Of a stretch of DNA of 64,000 nt, positions 35,661 through 49,716 are shown in pieces. How positions within the stretch are numbered: the first letter of the stretch is position 1; every line of letters starts with the position of its first letter. Origin of the DNA: Lama guanicoe (taxonomy: Eukaryota); the NCBI GenBank assembly GCA_013239625.1, contig MU056000.1:10365175-10429174 (forward strand). Direction: 5' to 3'. The notes under the pieces were generated by a model. The model searched no databases, was not told the DNA's origin, and saw only the letters and a program-made list of their open reading frames with translations. Position numbers and translations under genes: made by a program.

Positions 35661-37554
35661 TCACCTACAGACATGGCCATACACACACACACACAAAAGG
35701 ATCACTCATATAGGAGCAACTGAACAAGTCATGTTTACATAAGGGAATATTACACTATTTATTTATTAAATCAATAATGTCATTTCTCTGTGTGGACTTG
35801 GGAAAATCACCAGGACAAATTTTTTTAAAAGCACAGTGAAAGACAGGAAATGTGGAACCCTGAAAGTAGGGAAGGAGTTCAAACGTTACTTTTAGTTAAT
35901 CCTCATAACCACGTGAAATTAATCCCATTAATAAGTGAAGAAGCAGAAGCTCACAACCTGTAGAATCCGCGGTCTACAGCATGACTATAGGTGTTTGATT
36001 CTGCGGGGGGGGGGTCTCAGGAAGGATTTGATGGCTGACTTCCTCCTGGGTCCCTCAGTCCTGGGCATCTGTCTTGATCTGCCCATGATCTCGGCTCAAA
36101 ATGTGGTCCTTCGGGCAGCAGCAGCAGCATCACCGCAGAGCTGGTTAAAGAGGCAGAATATTTCCTGCCTGGGTTATTAATTCCAGCCATTCTTTCCTTC
36201 TTACAGCCAAAAGTCAAGAGCAGCATGTTGGTTTTAACCTGTGGAATGCATGTTTATGCACAGTGGCCAATGTGGTGGAAAAGAATTTAGGATGGCATCC
36301 TGCTCGAGACCTGCAATTCACTGCTGCCAGAAAGCATGTAAACCTATGGAGACAGAGTAATGAAAGGAACCCTGTAGACAAAGAGAGGACTGATCTCAAG
36401 TTTTCTCTTTACTTCGTGACTTTTCATTCCTTCATCCATGGCCCAGTGTTTCTGCCCATGCATAGCTATAAGAAATCAAGAACTAAATAAAATACATTCC
36501 AGCCTAAAAAAACAAAGAAAGAAATGCAGAATGTCAGGCCTCATCTCAGTCCTGCTGAATCAGAATCGGCATTTTCACAAGATCCCTGGTGCTGCAGACG
36601 ATCACTCCAGTCGGAGCAGCGCACGCGGGGGTGAAGAGTGTTCTTCTGCTCTTACTGCGTAAGCCTCCGAGGGTCAGTTCATTAGCGTCAAAAACACAAA
36701 AATGAAATCTTACTTCTCTCCCGTCAGTGCCGAGTTTTAAAAATGACCAAAGTAAGGGTGGAAAGTTACCTGGAAATGACACAACGCACCCCCAGCCTGG
36801 ATATCCTGAAGTAAATCATTAGGGGTGGGAGGGCTGGGAGAAGGGGTGAGGACGAGAACAAAGTCAGTGGCAGCGGTGAGTCAGACGGGCCTTGAGTCTT
36901 GCTGCCTTGGTCCCATTTCTTCCAGTGAAGTAGACACGCCAGGCTAACATTTGTTAGTCTTGCATGGTAAACAACACAGAGCACTTGTACACAGCACACT
37001 GAGCAACGTCCCGCAAGAGGAAAGTTTTTAATCCATAAATTACAGCAGCAACTTGGAAGGAAAATGAGGTCCTTGGCCCAGGGACGAGATTCTCAAGAAG
37101 AACATCACCAGAATATACAGCCAGCCGGGGCCTTGGGAATTAAAAAGAAGTTCACATCCCAAAACACAGCAAAGGACTTCCTGCCCAGCCTCTTTCTATA
37201 TCCCTTCTTCGCTGAATTGGTGACAAAATTTCAACTGAATGTTTGATAATGAAAGGCCAGTGCCAGTAAATTAAAACACTTAAGGCTTGCCTATCCCACT
37301 CATCAGTTCTGAGTTGTACAAAAAAAATTTTTAAGAATAAAATTAGTATTTGAGCTTTCCGTTCTTAATTGGCCAGGAGTCCTACAAGCAGCCAGGTGTT
37401 ATTTGGTGAAGGAAGTTTGTTAGTTAAGACAAAGAATTGAGAGACCAGTGAAAAGAGGAGCCAGTGGCTCTGATTAAGTCATTTCAGGGAGAAAAGGGGG
37501 TGGGATGGACAGGAGCAAATGGGGATCATCTCTTCTCTCTTGCCTTCATATTCA

Positions 37555-37652
37555 GGTGGGACTGATTTGTCCTGGTTTGCCTGGGAGGTTCCCAGATTTA
37601 GAACCCTAGGAAATACCTTGGTCGAGGGCAAACCAGGACAACTGGTCACCCT
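37555..37652. mobile_element. MER81/MER94-like hAT-Blackjack MITE relic
   Basis: Perfect 15-bp inverted repeat TTGTCCTGGTTTGCC (37567-37581) / GGCAAACCAGGACAA (37627-37641); TGGTCACCCT terminus. Confidence 0.75.
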
Positions 37653-38339
37653 CCTAATCTTTAAAGTGGGAATAATCAAACTGCACAGAAGAGCACAAGC
37701 AGGGTTCCTGGTCCCCAGCGGCAGTCTCCAAGCGCCAGCTGGGTCTAAGTCTGTAAGTCAGCAGCACCCGCTTTGGAGGAGAAAAGGGGGTGGGGCTGGG
37801 GGGGGCAGTCATTTCCCAAGCATAGGTCCACCAGTCCCTGATGAAAACTCTTCCAACAAGGGTGGTGTTTGTAAAACCCCACTTTTATTTGGAGAAGGCT
37901 CCTTGAAAAACCCTTGAAAATGCTTCCTGTTTCTAATAAAGGAGATCCCTGGAACATTGCCATGGGCTTTCGTAGGGCCCTTTTAGTTTAGATTTTATTC
38001 GTTCTCGTCCACCACATTATAATCTAGCCCCAAACCAAAACATCACCCCCTGGGCTGCAGGGAGGTATTCATGAGTTCAGTTTGAGACTCTTCCCCAAGG
38101 GACAGGATGAGGTCAGCCTGCCCTAAGCTGCACGCTGACTGGCAGGATGTCACGATGTGGGGCCCTCCCAGCCTCATCAAAGGTACCATGTACGCTCGTG
38201 CTGAGCGCCACACAAGGAACAGGGCTCCCTCAAGTGTCCTCAAGCAACAGGGGCTTTAAGCACTGGGTGCACATACCTGGGAGTGTGAACCACCCAGCTG
38301 CACGTGTCTCAGCAGCCGGGGAGGTGGACCTAAGAGTGT

Positions 38340-38445
38340 GTATCCAGTTCCAGTGTGGAGTTTCCCCACACCACCGGGCAGTTCTCAGATGCCAGCTGGG
38401 CGTCCTACAACTCAGCTCAATTCTGACACTGTTCCCCGTCTACCA
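38340..38445. mobile_element. MER21-like LTR fragment
   Basis: tttccccacaccacc..cagttctcagatgccagctgggcgtcctacaa..caattctgacact; resembles ~42940-43010. Confidence 0.55.
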
Positions 38446-39799
38446 GGGATGGATGGGCTGGTGCCAGTCTCATATATCAATATTCTGAATGTTTTTTATT
38501 TTAAAGCTTGGCTTCTAGCCACACATTCCCCATTGTTTTATGGAGTCACAACTTACAAATTGATATATAATTATCCCAACACATTTTGTTCTGTCGGGTT
38601 TACCAGCAGTGAGGCTGGGAGGAGTCACTGTGCTGTCCTAGGTTATTCATATACGGTAAATACGTTTCCTCCTATGTGGCCTTTGAAAATAAAGCATCTC
38701 GTGACATGCTTTCCCCAGAGTTTCTATTTGTTATAGCAATCTCATTCCCTGGAGAGACTGGTTATAAATGATATATAAATAGATGAATGGATGGATAGGT
38801 AGATAGATAGATTGGTAGATGATAGATTTTTTTTTAAAGCAGGATGTCAAATGGGGTATAGAGAACTTCCTGTGTGAAAAAAAAAAGGAAAATGAAGACC
38901 ACATACATTTATGTGTCAAGCCCCTCTGGTAGAATACATAAAGACAGGAAACACCAGGGAGTGGACACAGTGGCAGAGTGACAGGGCTTGGGGGAGGATT
39001 TTCAACCATAAGTCCTTTATGTACATCTTGGCTTTTATAATATATAAATCACTCTCAAAACCTCATTCTTGTAAATGCAGTGATTCTGGCCTCCTTTTAG
39101 TAACTACGCCAGCTGGTGGGTGACTTTTTTTTTTGGTGAAGAAAATCAAGTTTATCTCTTTGAAATAACTGCTTATTTCATAGACTCTAAAGCTAATCTG
39201 TCATCATTTTGTGGAACTGAGTATCAATAACCTAGAATGTCTTTCCATTCATTTGTAAATTTCAACTCTTTTCCTCAAGTTTCACTGTCTGACCTCTGTT
39301 CCCGCATCCAGTGCAGTCTCTGTGTTGGTTTAAGAAATGAAGTCACTGTGCATCCTCAGTTCTTTAAAGCAGACAAAACAAATGTAGTTGACGATCATCA
39401 TACTCCTGCATTCCCTTAACCAGTGGTCAGTCCTCCCTCTGCTGTGACCATCTCTCCCAGCTTGTCCCACCTGACCCTTCGCACACAGTGGGCCCCTGGG
39501 GCCGAGAGCAGGCTGGGCCTGGCTCAGTGCAATTCGCTTTGTTCTCCGTGGGCGGCGTCATGATTCTGCGTGCATGGGAGGAGGAGGGGTTACCTCACCC
39601 CCACGCATGGGTCCTGACATCCCCACGGGTGGCGGCCATTGAGGAGGCCCGTTCCACCCCCCAGGTGGCAGATTCAGAAAGATGCGTTGTCAGGCTCCCC
39701 ACCTGTCCTGGCCCCGCAGGTCCCAGGGGCGCAGGGGAGCCCCCTGCTTACCACACGCCAGGGCGCTGGGCAAGGAGGCGCCAGCGCGGTGGGCAAAGC

Positions 39800-39930
39800 C
39801 AAGCTCCTCCTGTTCCCCCATTTGTACATCGGGGATAATAGTGCTTTCCTCGCAGGGCTGTTGTGAGAATGAAACGCACGAAGTCTCTGGAACAGCGTCA
39901 GGCACACAGTAGCACTGTGATTACTATTAT
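39800..39930 (+). mobile_element. MIR fragment
   Basis: ggggataatagtgctttcctcgcagggctgttgtgagaatgaaa. Confidence 0.65.
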
Positions 39931-42019
39931 TTGCAGGGAACACCAGAAGCTTGGCCCCGTAACTCTTGAAAGGCCTTAATACAAGGGGCTTGAACACGAC
40001 ACCCTGGGAGATGAGAGGGGCTTTCCCCTCCACGTCGCGGGGAAAGATTTTCTTATTTCTCTCCTAGGAGTGGACCGAGTTGTGTGATTTAAAAAATGAA
40101 GGTGGCATTTATTGCCGCCAGGTGTGGTGGGACAGCTGTATATATGTCCTATGTCTATGTGCACAGTCACACAGGGAGCCACACACATGTGCACACACAC
40201 TCGTGCACGCGCACTCACCTTCAAGGCAGAGTCGACATTGCAAAGAACCAGTTCTTCGGTTACTCAAATCCTTGCAAGGGCGCACAGAGCCTCCCAAATT
40301 GTAAAAGAAAGACGCTGTTTTGCCACCGACTTCCTCATTCTCTGTTAATTCAACCCACTGGTCTTCAGACGTGTGGATTCTAGAGGGAGAGGCACAGAGG
40401 GACTAATTACCCTGGGTGTGCTCTGCTCCACGACAGGGACTCCCTCTCCTCCCCTCTTTGCAGTTGACATAAAAGGGAGAACCTCGGGGTGATGCTTTCT
40501 TACTGGGGAACATCGAAGGAACCTTCCTTACCAGGCCGGGCAGCCCCCCACATGCTCCGCTTCCAGGGGGCCAGGCAGACTCCTGGGGGCGGCCCCGGGC
40601 TGCTCACGACATTATTTCCCTGGGAAAGCGTGCTTGGAAGGCCAGACCTCCAGCCTTGGTCAGTCTGTAGTTTAGGATTTTGTCCGTTTGTTTGCCTTTC
40701 CTGCGGCGTGCTGATGGTTCACAAGACTTCCCTAGCGACGGCAGCGCCGGGAAAAGCCCAGGGCTGCCAAACCCCGGAGCTCCTAATTTGTGTGCTGTTG
40801 GCGGGGAGTTCCCGCTCATGCGCTGAACTTGATTTCCCCCGCAAGTCCTAGTGTCAGCAAGATATTTTATGTGGCATTTACTTCTTGGCATTTGACAGAA
40901 AAGGGAAAACCTCAGGGTGATGCTTCTCACTGGGGACATCAAAGGAACTTTCCTTACTGTGCCCGGCAGCCCCCGACCACGTCTGTCTCCCGTGGGTGGG
41001 TGACAGTCGCATCTCACACCCCCTTCCCCACGCTCCTGGGTCCTGGTCCGGCACAGCTGCTCAGCTTACTCCGGTCACACGTCCGCCTCCGCTCCCAGAG
41101 ATTGTTTATGTTGAGAAAGTAGTCCCTCAAGGCCGGGGAGCGACCGCTGTCCAAGGGCGGAGACGGCAGGCGGGTTGCAGAGGTGATACTGAACACTTCT
41201 GGATATCGTGTGTGTCACCAGGCACAAAGCAAACTTGTGCTTCAAAGTCTACACCTGAAATGAACATTGTAACTCAACTGCAATTCAATTTAAAAAAAAC
41301 AGACAGAAAATTTAAAAAACTAAAAACCCCAAAAACGAAGTCTGCAGCAGGACTGAACATGTCTTGAAGTAAATCTCAGACAAGAAAATCTGTACTTTTA
41401 AAAGCAATTAGCGAGGGATTCCTTGCATTATGAATTTAATCTTTCTACAAATTATGTAAAAGTCATACAGCTTTGTGGAAACCAGGACAGGACTCCAACA
41501 CCAGCATGATCGCTGTTGACATTTTGGTGATCTGTGACCTTTCACTCTTCGGCATCTGCATATTTTATATAGATGGATTTACAGCTTCATATCTTGTTTT
41601 CTAAACTGGAAGTTGCTTCCATGTGCTTCCAAATGTTAACACTTGTAAGTCCAATGACTGCTTCTTGCCTTGCCTATTGAACACGCCTGAATTTGTTGCT
41701 CAGATTGTCCCAGCTTTGGTCCCTGGGAGCTTTTTCTAGTTGGCTCCTGTGAACCTTTGACAGACCCCTATCCTTTTTTTTTTTTGGTGGTGTTTGTACT
41801 TCCTTTCTTTCTGGGACTAAAAATACTTCAAGTTCATTCAGGTTCATCTTATATTTTCTCCACCCCAGCCACTCCTCCGAGGCATCCTGGGTTTTTTATA
41901 TTGGAGAATGGTATTCAGAAACAGACATCTGAGTGCTGATTTCATCAACTTACAGCTAACAATTTTTTTCTGTTCTCAGTGTTATGGATTTCTTTTCTTA
42001 TCTTTATTACCTGCTATAC

Positions 42020-42600
42020 AACAAATTTGGAAAACTTACAGTATCTACTAAAATTATATATATTCATACCACATGACTCAACAATGTTATTTCTAGGAAT
42101 TTACCCAACAGAAACGCATACATGTGAAAGAATGTACAAAGAAACTCTATCTATTGCCAACAACTAGAAGCAATCCAAGGGTCGTTCAACAGTAGACTAA
42201 ATAAATTGTTGTCCATTCATGCACTGGAAGACTGCTTAGCAATAAATGAGAGCAAGCCACTTGTGTATAAAATGACTTGTCTGAGTCTGAAAAACGTTAT
42301 TAAAGTGAAAGAAGCCAGCCACCCCCAAAAAATCTGCTGTGTAAATTTATAGAAGATTTAAAACAAGTCAAACACATTTCTTCTGTTGGAAAACAGGATG
42401 GAAGCACCTTCGGGGGAATGGCGGGAAGGATTTGGGGAGAGCACGAGGGGACTTCTGGTGTGCGCTGATGCTCTGTTTCCAGATCCACCTGGTGAGTTCA
42501 TGGGTGGGCTCACTTTGTAATAATCTGTCAAGTTGTATACTTTTAAGATTTATGTGTTTTTGGAATGAATACGATATGCCAATCGAAAAGTTTGTATTTT
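42020..42600 (+). mobile_element. Old L1 (L1ME-like) 3' fragment
   Basis: ctaggaatttacccaacagaaa..caactagaagcaatccaa..tcaacagtaga; degenerate 3'UTR text. Confidence 0.65.
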
Positions 42601-42844
42601 TCAAAAAGTGCTCCAGATCACCTCCTTCTCCTGTATGGCTGGCGTCTGGCCCACAAGGGGAACCACTTGTGTCAACTTTGTCCTGATAAACTCTGGAGTG
42701 TCAGCCATACCCCCACAGTCCCCTCCCCTCCCCTCCTCTGTCAGGACATTAGATCAGAACTCTCACGGGTGGGAATCAGGCTCCAAGAAAATCCTTACAA
42801 ATTGCCCCTTCAGGCTCCAACAGCCTCACCACATGTATCCCAAG

Positions 42845-43715
42845 TGTGGATTTATTCACGGAAGAACCACCCTGTCTTCCCTCCTGTATTTCTCCTTTAC
42901 TCTCACACCGCTGTGACATTCACATCACTTCCACACCAGATGTGTGGGTTCTCCCCACACCAAGCAGTTCTGTGACACCTGCTGAGTGTCCTGCAGGTAG
43001 ACACTCTCTACCTGGTGGTAGTGACATCAGATCCCACAGTTGAAGGTCTCTTCCTCCCATTTCAGACGCCAATTGTAAGCAGTGGGTCGCCAGCTTACCC
43101 ACAACTTCTTTCTGACTTGATTCAAGATCAGAGGTTCTCATGACCTCCTTGCCGTTGGATTTGGTTATTTGTTAGAACAGCTCACAGAACTCCGGGAAAC
43201 ACATCTACCTGTTTACTAAAGGATATACTAAAGGATGCAGATGCCGAGCCAGATGAAGAGATGTAGGAAACAAGGTCTGAGAGGGTCCCCGCACAGTTGG
43301 GTGTGTCACCCTCCTGGTGTGAATGTGTTCATCAACCTGGAAGCTCCCAGAACCACATACTATTGGGATTTTTATGGAGGCTTCTCCATGTGGGCATGAT
43401 CAATATTAACTCCATTTCCAGCCCAGCACAGTGCTGAAAAATCCAAGCTACTCATCACGGCTTGGTCTTCCTGGTGACCAGTCCCCATCTAGGAGCCCCC
43501 CAGCTTCTCCTCATTAGCACAGAACACACTCCTGTCACTCAGGAAATTCCAAATGACTAGCACCGTGTGTCAGGAACCGGGGTCAAAGGCTTGGATTGGA
43601 ACAAAAGATGTTTCTTGTGCTCTTACCAGTAGGAAATTACAAGGGTTTTAGGAGCTCTGTGCAAGGAGTTGGGGCAGAGACCAACACATACACATTTTTT
43701 CCTACTATCCCACAT
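42845..43715. mobile_element. MER21-like solo LTR
   Basis: ccagatgtgtgggttctccccacaccaagcagttct..atcagatcccacag..gaacagctcacagaactccgggaaac..ggaaattacaagggttttaggagctctgtg. Confidence 0.75.
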
Positions 43716-44059
43716 CATGAGCCAGTTCTCAGAAATTTCTTTAGAAAATCTGCCCCTCCATATCACTGCATTCTCTTTGGTATCTAATGCCTGTTCATCT
43801 GGGCTTCTCTGCTGAAATGTCCAATTTAATATCTGCTAACATCCAGCTTTGTCCACTTCTAGAAATCTTAATTCTTGTTCAGAGTCCAGATATTTCTTTG
43901 TAACAATTTCTCAATGGGTTCTTTATGAAGAGTACATACACACAGACACACACGCATACACACACAAAGGATTGGTTGAGAATGTCTGAACCCAGAACCT
44001 AAAATTAGAAATGAACAGCTTTCTCTATAGACATTTGGAGTGGACATCTCCTGCGTTGT

Positions 44060-44560
44060 CTGCCTGTTCTGGCAACAGAACACTTCACTCCTGTGGGAAG
44101 CCCACCATGTGGGGCTGACCCTGCCTTCTCCTCCACCTAGATGCTGGGAGGGGGCAGGTAACCCAGTTCTGGCCAATGAGAGTATCCCATCCCTGTCCCC
44201 CAAGAGGAGCATGTAAACTAAGCCTGCATCTTCCGGGGACTTTGTCCCCCAGGCTAACAGGGACAACTGTCTCTTTTTACACAGTTGCTAAGCCCGGAGG
44301 CAGTGACTCTTTATCAGTCACATGGAGAGTTTTCCAACTGAGACCAAGTAGAGACACATGGAGATGAGAAGTGGAGAACAAGAGAGAGATTCAAAGAGAA
44401 AGAGAAAGGATGATGACGACATGGTTTAAACACTAGATTCAGCCATGTCTCAAACCGGAAGCAGCCCAGATGTGTTAGTAACATGAGCCATGAATTCCTT
44501 TCTTGGTTTACGGCAGTCTGAGTTATGTCTCTGTCACTCCCAGCTGCAAGAGTCCTGTAT
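44060..44560 (+). mobile_element. MLT1-type MaLR LTR
   Basis: acccagttctggccaatgaga..ctagattcagccatg..acatgagcca..gtcactcccagctgcaagagtcctg. Confidence 0.6.
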
Positions 44561-47500
44561 GGTCTCCATCCTTACCTAAACATGGCTTGCACAGGTTGTG
44601 CACTGGGGTTCTGTTGTAAATCATCTGGAGATCTGATGGCAACTAGTGTGCCCAGAAAAAAACTCTATTTTGTTCCAGTCTGTACTGTCTTCTCTGTGCT
44701 CCCGACCACCCAGGTTTGAAGGACCTCTTTCCTCTTAACACTTGTATAGGGAAATTCTGTGTCACATCCTTGGTACCGCCAATAAGCATCCTCTCAACAG
44801 TGGGGGCACAGGGCATGGCCAGGGATATCCACTTGCATTGCCACATGCCCAGTATTTTGTGGGCCAGATAGTACCTAAAATTACAAATGCTTCTTGCCAT
44901 CTCAGGAGGCTTACTAGCCCATACTTCAACTATAGATGGAGACGCTAGGGATGTTTTCTCACAGCTGGGAATTGTAGGTTTTGCCTTCTTTTGCAGACAT
45001 GTTATGGCATAATAGCAATGCCTATCTGGATAATACGAGTCAACACAACTCCCACCAGCCTTTCCAGTCTCCAAAAGTTAGACAGGAACACTTGAAAATC
45101 TCTAACAGTGCCCAGAGCACCTCCTGGAATTGTAACTGCTTACCAACAGGCAGCCCCTCAAAGAGGAAGTTCAACAGACCATGTTACGTAATTACTTCTC
45201 AATTTTTTTTTTCAGTGGGACACTAGCCAGAAGGCTGGGGCTGGGGAATGCCCTCGAAAGTCTGAAGAGAGAGCTTGCCCTGACCACAGACATTAACCAG
45301 AGGCTTCTAATGGGAAGGGGGTGGGGAGAGGAGGCTAGAGCGGGATGAGACCGGTGATGGCCCCCTAGTACCTACAATTTTTGAAGCTTCACACAAAATC
45401 TACTTTTGATTATTGGCTGAAAGGGAAAGATCTGGATTGGATGACCTCCCCCTCCTCCTTTAAGCACCCAATGGTACGTGTGGAATTCCACTCCTCATTC
45501 TGGAGCTCATGTCACTGAGGGGTTGGGGTGGTCAGCAGCTGACCCTTCCAGGTGTGGGGAGTGAGGAGTCCGTAGTTCCCCCGTAGTTATACTCGGGTGG
45601 TCAGAATGGCTGATGGTGCCTGATCACCTCCCACGGTGCTTGCCTGGGTGCACAGGAGGAGGACACAGAGCACCCCAGACAGAGGCAGCCCAGGGCTCTG
45701 GTCGCTCCTGGCTTGCTGACTTCTTTCTTAGCAACTAGGAAACCAAAAGTTTCCATCATTATAATGTCATGAGGAAGCTGTTTTCAAAATGCCTGCTGAT
45801 GACTTTTCCTCTTGGTCCCCTGGGTTGTTTCTCCTTTCCCTCCTCCTTCTGGCAGCCTTTCCTCTGGGAGGAAAAAGAGGCCAAAGTAGGGAAGAAGGCT
45901 GATGGTTAAGAGAAGTCCCAACAGATGAGAAGGGGAAAGAGAGAGACTTCACTACTTCTTGGGATCAAAATCTCTTGGGGATGAGGACGACTGGAAACAC
46001 CAAGTTAGGGGAGAGAAGTGGGGCAGGAAACCCCTGGGCAGAAAACTTGTTTCCACTTCCCCCAGGTGCAGCCTGGCAAAAAGACTGACCGCCCCTCGGA
46101 GGATCCCAGACAGCCAAGGAGCAGGAGGACAAAACACCTTCTGCTGGTGGGCAAGTCCTTTTGCCCATCAGGACCCCCTCCATCCCTCATTGGTCCCTTT
46201 GCACCTGGCACGATTCAAGGAAGCACCCAGAGGGGCAGAAAGCCAGACGGGTGTCATGGTGGCCGGCATTTGTTATGATCGTGATTTGCCTGGTCCTCTC
46301 TTTTTCCATTCGGGAGCCTCAGTCTGCCCCCTGGAGATACTGCACTTTTGTAAACCTAGCAGGGGGAGGGAGAGGGGACCCCTGCACGCCAGGGTCCCTC
46401 CCCTGGGTTGGGGCACCGTGAGTCTCTCCTCCCCTTTCCTTCTTCATCAGCAGAGACCAAAGATGTTGGAAGTCTGCGGGCTCTCCCGGGAAACTCACCA
46501 CACCTGGAGCTGAGTGATTCTCAGACGCTCCCTGTTTACTTCGAACATGCCTACAAGTTACAGAAGCTGCCCATTTGTCTCTGACCTTTCAAGTTGCACA
46601 GGGAATTCCCATCAGAAAATCCTCACGTTGCAGTTAGTACAATTCCAGCGGTCCTAAATCTCAACCTGTTTTTTTATAGAGGTCTGGAGGAAGGCTCTTC
46701 AAAAAAATCTTTTTAAAGAGGGCTTTGGAATACATTGCAGCCTGTGAACGTTGCTGTTTCCAGTTTTGTCTTTATGCACAGAGGGCTCCCACTGCCCGTA
46801 GGAGGTGGCGGGGGTGGGCGGAAGAGTGACCGAGGGGAGCGAGCCTAGTTTGCTGTAACAAGCCTCAAATCAACCCGAAAAAGCAAAGCTGAATTTCTGT
46901 GGTCACTGACAGCTGTCTGTTATTTTTTTAAGGAAGCAAAGTAAGAAAAAAAGAAAAAAGAACAACTTTTCCGTACGTGACTCTAAGGGTACCCAGCCAC
47001 AGGACAGACTAACGTTTATTCCACGATTTATGTCTCTTCCTTTTCAGTGGCTGCTGAAATGTTTTCTGACGCTTTGCTTCAGAGCAAACCAGTGAGTGCC
47101 AATGACTACACAGTGTGGTGAACTCAGTTCCTCTCTGGCTTCCTGTGGGCCCTGCAGGGTGAGACTGTTGCTGGCCCTCCTAGCCCACTGTGAAACCAGC
47201 CTGAGGTCCTTGCCTGTGTTTTGAGTCGAGGGTAATTAGGGCTCTTTCCTGCCCCACCTGCCCACCTCTTCTGTTTGCCCAGGCTGCTCCCGGGGCAAAA
47301 AGCAGATGGTCGGGGCTGGGCCAATAACTTCACGTTTTTGGAGCAGGTGAAGGTGAACTTGCTGCTGTGTGGAATTGGAATGATGGGCATGGATGTGCTT
47401 ACCGGAAGGCAGAAGTCCAAGCAGCCAACCTTAGAGTAAAAACCACATTTAGAATTCATTCAGAAGACTGTTGCCAACCATTTTTGGTCCCTGCTTGGGA

Positions 47501-47689
47501 CCAAAACCTCTTCCATCCTAGATGTGTCTGAAATGTGAGCTGGTGAGAAATACCCTGACCTTTAAATGGGTCAGGAAAGCAATGACCTAATTTAAATTTT
47601 CTCTTTAGTTCACCACAAGGATAAAGAAGAAATGTGGAAGGTGGAAAAGAAGGGGGATAAGAGAATCAATTAAGTGAGCAAAGAGGGGA

Positions 47690-47866
47690 GATGGTGTTCT
47701 CCACCGCAAAAAAGAAATGGCAATTATATGAGGGATGAGGGGTTAGCTAATGCTATGGCGGTGATCCTTGGCAATATGTAAATGTATTAAATCAACACAT
47801 TGTACACCTTACACTTCCACAATGTTATGTGTCAATTATAGCTCAGTAAAGCTGGGTGAAAAAAAG
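47690..47866 (+). mobile_element. L1 (L1MA-like) 3'-terminal fragment
   Basis: aaatcaacacattgtacacctta..caatgttatgtgtcaattatagctcagtaaagctggg plus A run. Confidence 0.75.
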
Positions 47867-49049
47867 AGGGAGATGGGAAGAGAGATGGGGAAAGGGAGAC
47901 GTCTGACTGCGGGATTCGACCTCACTAGAGGATCAGGGCTCTGGGTGTTTTTGAGCCTTGCTTTGTAGTATGTGGCACCAATTTAAATACTGTGATTATT
48001 TATGCTGTTTTTATTTTTATTTTCTAGATGATTGAATGGAAATGTGTGTGATTATTGAGTCACTGACAATGCTCATAAAGGAATCAAGCGCGAGACCAGA
48101 GACTCTGGATGAGATCATATCTGGGAGGCGATTGTTTCTGAAGTCTCGTGTCCTCACATCCTCACTACCCGACTCTTTAGCCTGACACGTTGATCACCAT
48201 GTCACCCAAATCTGGTGACAGTTGTGTTTCCTCAGAGGCACTTGATCCACAGTGGGTGATCAACATGTCAAATTTAAGCCAGTTTTTTAGATCTAGCAGC
48301 AATATCTGAGCGACTGGGAGTCAAGAAAGGCTTCCAAATGTAAAACACAGGACTTGTTTACATTAAACATAGGTAACATTCATTGAGTGATACTTCCGAT
48401 TGGGATTCTGTCACCCAAAACCACGAGGTCCTCCCTTCTGTGTTATCTAAGCAATGCTCCACTGGACACACCCGCCCTTCTTATTCAGATCCTTTGCCCT
48501 CCTGCGGTGCCCTGGGTGGAAGAGCACCTTCTGGTGCATTTAGAGATGGTGCTTTAGACCAGGAGCTCCCACATCACACCCTGCATAATTCTGGAGCTCA
48601 GCCTGGGCAGAAAGGCAAGCAGCAATCCAGCAATCCTCCCTGGTGGTTCACACAAAACTCAGGGATATTCTCTTGGCCTTCAGGGCAGAACTGAGAGCAC
48701 CACCAATGTCCCGAGTGTCAAAGGGTTGTAGGGCATTTGTCCCAAGAACTGCGGTAGAAAAAGAAGACTTAAGAATATTGAATTCCTAAAAAGTGGAAAC
48801 TTCCTTTCATTTTTCTCTGACGCAGATAACGTACCCACACTTCCATGGCTGTTATTTTTAAGATGTTTAAAATTTTTAAATGTTATGTACTGAGATCTCA
48901 GCCCTGACCTTGAACATGATGTGCTGAAGGGTATGGGGTCAGAACCTGGCTCCTACCAGCTCACAAGCTGCCTTCCCTTTAGTGGAGTTCCAGAGCCATT
49001 ATGGAGTTAAAGACCTCGCTATGCGTTGTTTTGTTGTAAAGATGTTGAT

Positions 49050-49716
49050 TTATTTTTAAATTTTTTAATTATTTTTTAAAATTGAAGTATAGTCAATTTA
49101 CAATGTGTCAGTTTCTGATGTACAGCATAACAGTTCAGTCATCCATATACATATGTATATTCCTTTTCACATTCTTTTTCATTATAGGTTACTATGAGAT
49201 ATTGAATATAGTTCCCTGTGTTATACAGTAGAAACTTGTTGTTTATCTGTTTTATATATAGTAGTCAGTATCTGCAATTCTGGAACTCTCAATTTATCCC
49301 TTCGCACCCCCTTCCCTGATAATCATTAATTTGTTTTCTGTATCTGTGACTCTGTTTCTGTTTTGTAAATAAGTTTGTTGTCTTTTTTAGAGATTCCACA
49401 TATGTGATATCATATGGTGTTTTTCTTTCTCTTTCTGGCTAACTTCACTTAGAATGATGATCTCCGGATCCACCCATGTTGCTGCAAATGGCATTATTTT
49501 ATTCTTTTTATGGCTGAATAGTGTTCCATTGAATAAACACATCACAACTTCTTTATCCAGTCATCTGCCGATGGACATTTAGGTTGTTTCCATGTCTTGG
49601 CTATTGTAAGCTGGGCTTCTGTGAATATTGGGGTGCATGTATCATTTTGAAAAGTTCCCTCTGGATATATGCCCAAGAGTGGGATTGCTGGATGATATGG
49701 TTAGTCTGTTTTTAGT
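49050..49716 (-). mobile_element. Lineage-specific L1 3' end
   Basis: Closely similar to 4620-5280 and 55840-56610. Confidence 0.9.

Noticed and set aside
37567..37641. Perfect 15-bp hairpin as a possible miRNA precursor
   Set aside because: Explained by the inverted ends of a MER81/MER94-like MITE
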